Positions 12,504 through 22,423 of a DNA stretch of 64,000 bases are shown here, piece after piece. The translations under genes and the position numbers were made by a program. The stretch's first letter is position 1; the number at the start of each line of letters is the position of its first letter. The notes beneath the pieces were generated by a model. It saw nothing but the letters and a program-made list of their open reading frames with translations. It ran no database searches and was not told the DNA's origin. Source of the DNA: Hyaloraphidium curvatum SAG 235-1 (taxonomy: Eukaryota; Fungi; Monoblepharomycota); NCBI GenBank assembly GCA_025558095.1, contig JAIVFI010000028.1:186001-250000 (forward strand). Reading direction: 5' to 3'.

Positions 12504-13591
12504 TTAGGCTGCGCCGGTCTTGGCCGAGTACTTGAGAAGGAGCGCCACGCACTCCTCCGGCGCCTCTTCCTGCGGGTAGTGCAGGCACGCGGCGATCCTG
12601 TCGAGCGTCGACCCCGGCACGTGCGCATGGATTTCCTTCGCCGTGCTCCATGGGAACAGCCCGTCATCCGCGCCGAACGCCACGTGCACGGGGATGCCAA
12701 GCTTGGGTATGGCGTCCCAGCAGCGCTGCTGCTCTGCCGCGTTTCCCAGCGCGGGTTCGGCGAACGGGAGGCAGTACGGGAAGCGGCGCGGGCCGGCCTT
12801 GGTCTTCTCGCCGTCGAAGGGTGCGTCGTAGGCCGCGGCGAGGGCTTCGGCGGTCTTGTCGGCCGTGAAGGCACGCTTGTGGTAGCCCGCGATGAGCTTG
12901 CCGCAGGGCATGTCGCCGCCGTTCTGGGCCGGGTCGGTGGCGGTCTCGCGCCACCAGAGGAGGCCGGGGGAGGGCTCGTAGCCCTCGTGGTGAAGCCATG
13001 AGTTGAGCCAGATCACGCGCTCGAAGCGGTCGGGCATGTCGACCACCTGGCGGAGGCCGGTGGGACCGCCCCAGTCCTTTGCGGCGGCGGGACGGTCAGT
13101 GTATGCATGCGAGATAGCGGATCGGACGGCGGCGCACCTGCACGACGATGGTGATGCGCTTGAGGTCCAGCGACTCGATCAGGTGCCGGATGCGCTGGGA
13201 GTGCTTCTCAATGTTGTACCAGTTGTCGTCCGTGGGCTTGTCCGAGCGGCCGAAGCCGACGTGGTCGGGGGCGACGAAACGGAAGCCGGCGGCGACGAGG
13301 GGGCCGACCCACTTGCGGTACAGCTGCCCGGGCGGCCGCGTCAGGGGCTTTCCCCACGTGGAAGCAAACGCGCTCGGTACTCACGTACGACCAGGTCGGC
13401 TCCCCGTGCAGGGCGAGCACGACCGGCGCGTCGTCACCCGCGCCTTCGGGCCTCTCATCGATGTGGTGCACCCTGAGGCCCTCGAAGTCAAGGTAGTGCG
13501 GCCGAAAAGGCCAATCCTTGAGGGCCTCGAAGGCGGCTTCGGACTGGCGGAAGACGCCCTCCTTGGGACCTGCAGCTGTCTGCAAGGCCAT
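12504..13591 (-). CDS. Haloalkane dehalogenase-like alpha/beta hydrolase, 3 exons
   Basis: LHGEPTWS(Y)LYR, PDHVGFGRSDKP, VQ|DWGG nucleophile elbow, HYPQEE. Confidence 0.85.
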
Positions 13592-13781
13592 TGCGCAAGG
13601 TCGCGATGCGACGCGCGGGGCAGAGTGAGTGGGGGGCAGTTCTCGGCAGTCACTCAGGGGCCGGGGTCCCGCGGGCCAACCACGGAAACGCCGTCGCGAC
13701 CCCGCCCGGCTTGGCGCCATTCGTTCGGCACTACAAAAAGCCGGATCGCCGCCGCATTCCACTTTGCTTCAATCGTCCAGC

Positions 13782-16030
13782 ATGGATTCGCCTCTCCGCG
13801 GTTACTCGGTCGCCGTCGCGGGCGAGTCGCTGGCGTCGGCGCTCGCCGCGCGGCTGCTGCACGACCAGGGGGCGCGCGTCGCGCTCGTCGGCTTCGGCGG
13901 CACTGTCGACGCGGGCCTCGTGCCGCCGCCGGCGTACCTGACGCGGGACATCGATGCTGTCGCGTCGCTGCAGGCCGCGGGCGCGGTCGACGCGATCGTG
14001 GTCGACTTGCGCGCGGCGCCGCCCGCGGTGCTCGCGGCCGTCGAGGCGCTCTCTCCCGCCGGCAGCTGCGACAGCCCCGATCACGCGCACGTCGCCAACG
14101 GCACGGCCGCAGCGACCGTGGTGCGCATCGCCGCCTTCGCAGGCGACGACCCGCGCGGCCCGCACGCCTCCGAGGGCGAGCTCGGCGCCGCCACAGGCCT
14201 GCTCACCGACGTGCACTACGTCCGCGCGCGCATGGGCGCCGCGCCCGTCGGCACCGCGCTGCCGCTCGCCAGCGTGTACGGCGGCGTCTGGGCTGCGATC
14301 GGCTGCGCCGCCGCCCTGGTGCGCAGCCTCCGCGGCGGCGGGGCGTCGGCAATCGACGTGCCGCTGGCCGACGCGGCCATGTCGGCCCTGGGTGGGATCG
14401 CCTTCCGCGTGTGGGACGCCCCCGAAAAGTACCGCCTCATGCCCGACGAGCGCCCGGCGCCCCCCGACGATGCCCTGGTCGCACGCGTGCTGGCCAACAT
14501 GGACCGCCTGGGCACGCCGCTGTTTGCGAGCTACCCGTGCGCCGACGGCCGCCGCATCTTCTTCAACGGCGTCGACCACGCGCAGCACAGCGCCCTTCTG
14601 TTCCGCTCGCTGGGCCTCGAGGCGGACCTGCGCGCCCTGGGTATCGCCTTCTCGGGCGACCACTACGCCCCCTCGCAAACCACGCCGCCGATCGTATCCA
14701 ACTGGAACACGTGGAGCCCCGAGACCGTGTCCGCGGTGCGGGAGCTCCTCTCGGCCGCCTTCCTGTCGCGCCCCGCCGCCGAGTGGGAGGAGCTGCTTTG
14801 CTCCGCCGGCGTGCCCGCGGCCCTGGTCCGCACCACGGACGAGTACATGTGCATCCCCGCGCTGCGCGAGGCCGGGGTCACCGAGCCCGACGGGGACGGT
14901 GCGAGGCCGGGGACGTTCGTGGGGACGAGGAGGTTGCAGGACGATAGGGGGAAGTTGGAACTGCCGCCGCTGAAGAAAGAGGAACGGCCGCTCGCTGGGG
15001 TGGAGGTGATGGATGCAGCGTCGGTGATTGCGGGGCCGGTCGCGGCGAGGGTGCTGGCCGAGCTTGGAGCCAGAGGTGATCCTTCCGCATGCGTTGCATC
15101 CAGGCGATCCACTCACGCATGGCTTCCGCTTCCCTCGCTACACCAGTGGTCAGGATCGAGACGCCGGCTCCGGGCGTCGGCCCCCGCATGACCCTGTGGT
15201 GGGGCGTCGACCTCAACCGCGGCAAGCTTTCGCACGTCGCGGACCTCAAGACCCCCTCCGGCCGCGCGCGCGCGCTCTCCTTCTTCCCCCCCGGCGGCCC
15301 GCACGCCGTCATCCACAACAAGCTCCCGCAGGTCGCCGCCCGCCTCGGCCTCTCCCCCGCCGACCTCGCCGCCGGCGGCGCGCGCGCGGTGGCCCAGATC
15401 ACCGCCTTCGGCGGCCCCCGCCCCGGCCCGTGGTCGCACCGCCCCTCCTTCGACCCCGTGCTCCAGGCCGCGGGGGGCATCATGGCGCGGTACGGCACCC
15501 CCGAGGCGCCGCAGCTGCATGCCATCGCGAGCTGCATCGATTACCTGACGGGGTACCTGGCCGCGTTCGGGACCCTGTGCGGGCTCGCCGCGGCGCTGAG
15601 GGACGGGGGGGCGTGGCATGCGGAGACGTCGCTGGCGAGGGCGACGCTGTGCATCCAGGCGCCGTTCGCGACCGGCAGAGCAGGGGATGAGCCCGGGGGG
15701 CAGGATGCTGCCACGACGGGGTGGGGGGACCGGATGGAGAAGAAAGGAGACGGGTGGGTGCTGGTGACCGATGGTGGGAAGGAGGTGCGGGTCTTGGACC
15801 ATCATGCGCTGTTGGCCGAGCGAAGCTACGATCTGAAGGGCGGGAAGCCGCCGCCGGGGTCGGTGCGCATCCGGAAGGAGCAGCACCCGGTGCTGGGCCG
15901 GATCTCTACGGTGGATCCGACCTGGCTGAGGGCCGATTGGGAGGCGCCTGATTTGTGGATGATGCCGTGGCCGGGGCAGGACGACACACAGAAGCAGCCG
16001 TCGGGCTGGCCGGCAAGCCTGCCCCCTTGA
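13782..16030 (+). CDS. Tandem-domain class III CoA-transferase, DddD-like
   Basis: Two CaiB-like halves: LPLASVYG..IDVPLADA..SYPCADGR, and PLAGVEVMDAASVIAGP..NRGK..SFDPVLQAAGGIM. Intron at 15076-15146. Confidence 0.8.
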
Positions 16031-16151
16031 CCTGCCCGTCGGTGGAGAAAAGTGGACGGCATTGGAGCACCGCGAGTTTCGCATATTGATATAGGGAACC
16101 AACGTGGTTTGCATGGATAAAAGTGACTGTCTGAGCACCTCGTCTGCAGCC

Positions 16152-17642
16152 TCAGTACTTGAACGCCTTCTGCGCCGCCTCCCTCCCCGGCAGCCCCTGT
16201 CTCGGAAACACCCCGTCCCGCTGCATGCGCTCGAAGATGTTGCAGAATGACTCGTCCGTGTCGATGTACCCGTTGAATCCCAGGCGGCGCAGCTTGGACA
16301 TAGAATGGAACATGTTGACCTCGATCGAGAAGACGATGTCGAGAACGCTGCGGCGCGTGGCTCAGCACGATGTGAACGGCGACGGTCCGACGGGGCTCAC
16401 TTGAGGGGCACCGCGGCCTTCCATCCGTTCTCATCGAATCCGGGGTCGTCCTTCCCCGGCCCCGAAGCCTTGCACTCGGCCCACGCCTTGGCCAGCGCCT
16501 CGTCCGTGACCTTTTCGCCGAGCTTGTAGGTCGGCTTGCCCGGCTCGTGCGAGATCAGCTCCAGCATCTGGTCCTCGGAGGGAACCTCGCATCCGAAGAA
16601 GGCGCCGATCCGGTACCACTGTGCCCGGATGAGCGGCCGATCGCGGATCCCTCGGCGCGAAAGAGATCGCTCACCGCGAACCTCCACTGAAACACGTCCC
16701 CGTTCACAGCGTTGAGTATCTCGTTCCCGCACTTCTCTTCCGTCGCCGCCCAGACGTTCAACTCCGCCAGGTGCACGGCGTCCGATCCGTCCAGGACCGC
16801 GTTCCACGCCTTGGCGTTCCCGGGGAAAACCAGCGGCTTCCCCATCAGCTTGTGCGCGTACACGAAAACCCCCAGCGACGTCGCGATGGTCTGCGCGCAC
16901 TGCCTCGTGGCTCCGTAGATGAACTGCGGGAGCGTGACGGTCCAGGAAAAGTCGTGCTGCGGCGCGAGCGAGCGGGCGATGGAGAGCTGGGATTCGTAGA
17001 AGGGGGCGATGGAGGGCCGCGGAGGGTCCGAAGTTTCGCGACGGGGGAGGGCGGGGACGGGGTTGCGGAAGTACCATTTCCCGCCCAGCTTGAGGAAGGC
17101 GGTTGTTTCGGGGTCAATGGAGGTGGCGGGCGAGGGAGCAATCCACTGACCTGGAGCAGCACGCGCTTGAGCTTCCCTTTGGTGACGGCCAGCGTCGCGC
17201 GCAAACACTGGTCAAACATCTTGGTGTTGAGGTCCAGCTCGCGCGGGGATCCCCATCCATCCCCGAGCAGGTACGCTCCCCAGAAGAGCACGCTGCACTG
17301 CCCTACGCCCGCTTTCCCGAACTTTTCCGCGAGCTGCTCCACGCTCTCCTCGTACAAATCGGCCGAGATCCATGTCAGCCTGCTGCCGAGGGCGCCCTCG
17401 GGGAGGTCCTTTTTGAGCCAATCCTCGTTTGGCGGGCGCCGCGAGGTGGCGACGATGCGGTCGAAGGGCGACTTGGGGTCGTTCAGGATGTGCTCTGCAC
17501 GTGCCAAGCGCGCATGAACGACCATGACGTGCGTCAGCAAGCGCAAATAATTCAAGAGCAAGCATATTGGCGAACCGATGATGAAGCTGCCGGTGATACC
17601 GTTGGCTCCCACGACGAACGCGGTGGCCTTGCCGGACGCCAT
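16152..17642 (-). CDS. PRISE-type SDR, copy B (direct duplicate of 10777-12256), spliced
   Basis: Same motifs (AFVVGANGITG, LGGKWY, APFYESQ) and the same C-terminus REAAQKAFKY*. Confidence 0.82.
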
Positions 17643-18580
17643 GGTGCCGCTGAGCCGGCGCCAACGCGGAAAGAAGAGCTGGCAATGGGTCGGAGAGCGG
17701 CCACGGCACCACCAACGCGTGGCGCTGAACGAGCTTCGAGTAAATGGGAGACGGAAGGACTCGAATGTCGCCGCCCCGCCCGCCTCGCCGCATGGGCCCT
17801 TGAGTGGCTGGCACTCGCCAAGACCGCACATCACAGGCTCCGAGTTGGCGGACCTTCCACAACGTGATGGCAAAGTAATGCGATGACCTTTAGCATCGCG
17901 GCATGTTTGCTTTCGGGCGCGTTGTTTTCTTTTCGCGGACGGTGGGCAATCCGTTCCGGTTTCTGAAAGACAGTCCTCTGGGCATGCTTGTCGGTCCAGA
18001 AGTGGGCCCACCAATGGGCACAGGCACGGCTATTGCAGTGAGCTGGCAAAAGAGGCAAAAGATGGATTCCGTATAGAAGTTTGCTTGGCCCTTTCGATTG
18101 ACTGAAGACCGTCCATGATTGACAGCGGCCAGCGGTCTTCCCCCGCGTTCCCCTTCAAGAAAACGTGTCGAGCCTAATCAGAACCCGTGTGATTAGCGCA
18201 AGTAAGACCCGAAGCGGTGCATGATGGGTAGTTGAGTCCAGATGGTCGCAGGTCTCCGAAGGACCTGGGTGGGGGGAAAGGGCGCTTGGCAGTCCCATTT
18301 CAGTGTCTCCATATATGCTTCGCTGCAGAACGAATCAAAGAGCAAGAAGACCACGAAGCTGAGGGGAAGCACATTGAGGGTGATGGAATATAGGGGCGCC
18401 GATGCAGAACAAGCTTTTCCGATTTTCCGAGTGAGTCGATCGGCGCGTGATGGGGACACTGTTCCGCTTCCGCACGGTCGCGCGAGGGATCGATCCATCC
18501 ACGTCAGGAGGCTCCCGAGGGACTGCCTCCCCCACGTGCGGGCGCCGCCGGGAGGACGGCATCGCTCTTCGGGAGCCGCG

Positions 18581-20182
18581 ATGGCGCGCGTGCGGCGGAC
18601 GTTCCTTATCGCGCTGCTCGTCGGCGTCGCGCTGTTCCTCAACCGCGACGGCTGGCTGGCGGGGCAGCTGTTCCCGCAGACCGGCGCGGACAGGGTGTAC
18701 GCGGCGGCGGCAGGCCAGGGCGGCGGCGAGAAGCAGCCCGCCGCCAAGCAGGAGCCCGCGCTGCGGCCGCGCGACACCGCGCCGGCGCCGCCGCCCCCGC
18801 CGCCCGCGCCCCCCCCGCCCCCGCCCCCGCCGGCCGCCGACGTGGCCCCCGCCGACCCGCCCGGCCCGCCGCCCGACCGCGAGCCGCCCAAGCTGCCGGT
18901 GGTGCCGCGCGAGGGCAACGCCTGCGTGCTCACGACCCTCGTGTGCCGCGGCGACCGCGGCCACTCGGACCAGCTGGTGTCCCTCACAAACCTGGTCGGC
19001 TTCGCCATGGCCGCGGGCTGCAAGATCATGCGGCCCAAGCTGTGCATCTCGCCGCACTACCGCCTCGAGAACCTGCCCATGCACAACTACTTTGTCAGCC
19101 GCGACGAGACCGCGGATCAGATCTGGATCGACAAGCTGCCCGCCTACGCAAACGCGTCCGCGCCCGTGCCGTGCTTCCTGTCGCCCGCGGACGTCGAGGC
19201 GCAGAAGGGCGGCGGCAGCAAGCGCCGCGTCAACTTCCGCCTCTTCCCGCCCTTTGACTGCCGCTTCCCGGCCGCCACGCTGCCCCAGAACAAGGACACG
19301 CTGGCCGAGACCATCCTGCCCGGCGGTGTGTACGGCATCCCGGAGCCGCACTTCATGGAGACCCCGCTGCTGGACCGCTGGGTCCTCGAGTACGCCAACA
19401 CCGAGTGGCTCGTGCCGCGCGAAGAGTTCTTCCACGTCATCCGGCAGATCCACGACAACCCCATGTTCTGGCGCGACAAGACGGACCGCCCCGAGGACAA
19501 GTGGTACTACTACAGCGCGCACGTGCGGCTCTCGGACCTCAAGATCTTCTGCGAGGTGACGGCATCGGCGGCCTCGGAGTGCGGCGTCGACATCGCCAAG
19601 GTGCCCGCCTTCCTCGCCGCCGAGATTGCCGCCATCGAGGGTCCCGGACGCAACTACTCGTCCCACATCTACATCGCCACCGACGCCTCGTCGCAGGAAA
19701 TCGCGCAGCTCGAGGACGCCTTTGCTGCGCTGGACCCCGCCCTCGTCGGCCCGGGATTGACTGTGACGATTTCGTCCGCGGATTGGTATAAAGCCCTGCT
19801 CTACGACGTGATGAAGCAGATCTACCCTGTCTACACGGTCGACCAGGGCGGGGCCAACTACACCACCTGGGAGCGCAACATGCGCCACGAGAAGATGATG
19901 ACGATCGTGCTGGACCAGCTGATGCTCGGGTGCGGCGAGCGCATGTGGGGCACGCGCGCGTCGGGGTTCTCCGAGCGGGCGTACCAGATGGGCGTGCACC
20001 CGTACAAGCTCGGCATGTGCGGGAGGAACATGCCCTGGGGGCAGAGGAGGAGGGCGAGGGACGAGAAGGAGAGGATGGGGTACCTGCCCGCGGTCAAGGA
20101 CTGGAAGAGGGAGCCGGATCCGGAGGCGTCGCCGACGACGGCGGCGGCGATGACCACCAACACGGCGATGGCGGGAAAGTGA
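18581..20182 (+). CDS. GDP-fucose O-fucosyltransferase-like (GT-B) type II membrane protein
   Basis: N-terminal anchor FLIALLVGVALFL, Pro-rich stem, GHSDQLVSL, YYSAHVRLSD, HIYIATD, LDQLML..GERMWGTRASGFS. Confidence 0.72.
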   Translation: MARVRRTFLIALLVGVALFLNRDGWLAGQLFPQTGADRVYAAAAGQGGGEKQPAAKQEPALRPRDTAPAPPPPPPAPPPPPPPPAADVAPADPPGPPPDREPPKLPVVPREGNACVLTTLVCRGDRGHSDQLVSLTNLVGFAMAAGCKIMRPKLCISPHYRLENLPMHNYFVSRDETADQIWIDKLPAYANASAPVPCFLSPADVEAQKGGGSKRRVNFRLFPPFDCRFPAATLPQNKDTLAETILPGGVYGIPEPHFMETPLLDRWVLEYANTEWLVPREEFFHVIRQIHDNPMFWRDKTDRPEDKWYYYSAHVRLSDLKIFCEVTASAASECGVDIAKVPAFLAAEIAAIEGPGRNYSSHIYIATDASSQEIAQLEDAFAALDPALVGPGLTVTISSADWYKALLYDVMKQIYPVYTVDQGGANYTTWERNMRHEKMMTIVLDQLMLGCGERMWGTRASGFSERAYQMGVHPYKLGMCGRNMPWGQRRRARDEKERMGYLPAVKDWKREPDPEASPTTAAAMTTNTAMAGK

Positions 20183-20405
20183 GTTGCGGGGGACGGCGGG
20201 CGGGAAGCGAAGGTGGAAAAGAGCACTCTTTATCTCGGTTTACGTCCAAAAGAAGACTTGGACTCCGGATTTGCACTGGTTTGAGCGTTTGTTTCGAAGT
20301 GCGAGGAGAATGGGTTTCGGGCTACCGATCGATCACACCCTCCCAGTCACCGCGCGCCCACCCCCTCCACCGCTCCTCTAAACCGCGTCTTCCCGCTCCG
20401 CCGCG

Positions 20406-21821
20406 ATGCAGGCGTGCTCGGGAGGGTGCGGACACCATCACCCGCCGTTCGGTGCGGGGCACGGGGGCCCAGAGGGCCAGGGGGCGTCGCGCGACGCGAC
20501 CGGTGACGCGGACGGGGCGGGGAGCTCCACGCCGTCGGGAAACAAGAGCTCGGCCGGAAAACGCTCGAACAAGAAGGACGTCTCTGTATGGGACTCGGAC
20601 GGCGACTCGGAGATGGTCGACGCGGACGGGGAGGGTGCCACGGACCGCGCCGGTCGCGCCAGATCGCGGTCGCCGGACTTTCCGCTCAAGCGGCGCAAGC
20701 CCGGGCCGGCCGGGATGCCCGGGCTGCCGACGCCGATGCAGGATCTCCGCAATTGGAGGCCGGTTCCCGGATCGCCGACCCCGCTCAGGCACGAGGACAT
20801 GCTCGACTCGGACGACGAGGAAGATCAATGGCGCGTTCGTGACGGCACAGGAGGTGCGAGGTTTGCGCCGAGATCTGCGTCGGCATTGCTGACGAGGCCT
20901 GCACCAGGTTCCGCTGCGCAGGCAAGGGGATCGGGACCGGAGGTCGGCGACGTCGAGATGGGGGGCATGGAGGGCGACAAGGGTGGGCATTTCTCGTGCC
21001 TGGATCGTCTTTTCGCTGATTTGGATCCGGATCTGGCAGGTGCGACGGCTTCTGCTTTACAATCCGGATCGGGCGCGGCGGCTTCGGGCGACGGCGAGCC
21101 TCGATCCGAAGGCAAACCCGGGAAGAAGGGCAAAAAGGCGCTGAGGAAGGGGCAGAAGTACGAGGTCACGCCTGCGCTGGTTCAGGCAGACTCGGATTTC
21201 GTGTTCTTCCCGGGCCCCGACGAAACGGTCTACTTCGCGCCGCGGCCCGCCGCCGGGGGAGAGTTCAGCTGCCCGGGCTGCGCCAAGGTCATCGTGCCGC
21301 CCCCGAGCAAGGAGGGCCCATTGGGCCTGACGTGGGCAATGCGTCGGCACAGCCCAACGTGCACCGCGCTGGCCGGGAAGGCGCGGATGCTTGACCTGAC
21401 GCGGGAGGTGTTTGGGATCCATCCGCTGGACGTCTTTGCCCCGCAAGACGTCCGGACCAAGCGATTCTTTCGACACATCCAGGCCGCCGCCGTCACTGTC
21501 TCGAACCGCAGGAACAAGGTCGCAAAGATGGAAGCGAGTGTCGACCGGCAGCAGCAGTCGCGCATGGTTCAGGAGCGCGACATCCTGGACCGCATCGCCG
21601 AGACGCACGGTCTCGCGCGAGCTACGCTGCTGCCTCAGCACTGCAATGACTGGGAGTACAGCTGTTTCGGGCCCGGATGCCAGGAGGTGTCTGCTCAAGA
21701 AGTGGGTCTACACCGCCTCAGCCACAGCTCGCCGATGCTTTCGCCTTGGGAGCCATCTTCTGATCCCGTGCCGTCGAAATTAGATTGCTCGCCGGAACCG
21801 CCGGAGAATCTATCTCCATAA
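20406..21821 (+). CDS. Hypothetical protein with Cys/His clusters (possible zinc fingers); start and 3' structure uncertain
   Basis: Long ORF with CPGC..MRRHSPTC. Further Cys-rich pieces in other frames at 21690-22040 suggest splicing or frameshifts. Confidence 0.4.
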   Translation: MQACSGGCGHHHPPFGAGHGGPEGQGASRDATGDADGAGSSTPSGNKSSAGKRSNKKDVSVWDSDGDSEMVDADGEGATDRAGRARSRSPDFPLKRRKPGPAGMPGLPTPMQDLRNWRPVPGSPTPLRHEDMLDSDDEEDQWRVRDGTGGARFAPRSASALLTRPAPGSAAQARGSGPEVGDVEMGGMEGDKGGHFSCLDRLFADLDPDLAGATASALQSGSGAAASGDGEPRSEGKPGKKGKKALRKGQKYEVTPALVQADSDFVFFPGPDETVYFAPRPAAGGEFSCPGCAKVIVPPPSKEGPLGLTWAMRRHSPTCTALAGKARMLDLTREVFGIHPLDVFAPQDVRTKRFFRHIQAAAVTVSNRRNKVAKMEASVDRQQQSRMVQERDILDRIAETHGLARATLLPQHCNDWEYSCFGPGCQEVSAQEVGLHRLSHSSPMLSPWEPSSDPVPSKLDCSPEPPENLSP

Positions 21822-22050
21822 GGACAGTAGCCAAAAGGGGGAGCAGCCAGCATGGATCCTTTCCGCCCCAACGAGCCGGGTGTGCCGCCGCAGCGGCGCC
21901 TACACCTGCGATGTCCTCTGCATGCATCGGCGTTGCAAGGAGCTCGGGATCGATCCCCAAACCTGCAAAGACTGCGACCTCGTGCTGCTCGCCGTATGGA
22001 GTCCCTGTTCCACACGCTGCACTGGGAACGTGAGCGACGACGGCGGTCGT

Positions 22051-22230
22051 GCCGCAACTACGGTGGAGCTGCCCGACGCCTGTCATTCCGTGCAGGAAGG
22101 GGAGAAAGGATGGTTTACCGGGAGTTGGATGTGTTTGAGGCGCTGGAGGTGGACGACATGGGAAGGGCAAGCTTTGAGCTGCGGAAACGGCCTCGTTCTC
22201 GGGAGCCAGGCTCGGGAGGCCAAGTTTTGA
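22051..22230 (+). pseudogene. Relic 3' end of a haloalkane dehalogenase gene (copy of the C-terminus of 33393-34683)
   Basis: TVELPDACHSVQE / GERMVYRELDVFEALEVD / GLVLGSQAREAKF* versus TMELPDAGHFVQEWGERIIYRALDVFEALEVDGVVLGSPAQKGKL*. Frameshifted. Confidence 0.8.
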
Positions 22231-22423
22231 GCTGCAATGCAATTAGAAGGAGGCCAGCACCGGAAAGCCTGCTTGTTGCGCCTCCGACGAAGCGAGGCTA
22301 ATCCGACGGCTCTTCTCATTTCCGAAGCCCGCAGTCGAGGCTAAATTCGTCGAACCACGCGGCTCAACCCCCGCCACTCACTTTTCCCCAACACACTTTC
22401 CGCCGTTCCCGGCACTCCCCGAG

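Larger units (their letters stand above)
11711..17497. repeat. Near-identical direct repeat 11711-12121 / 17087-17497 within the duplicated PRISE genes
   Basis: About 411 bp with about 3 mismatches by eye, including an intron. Offset 5376 bp. Confidence 0.85.
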
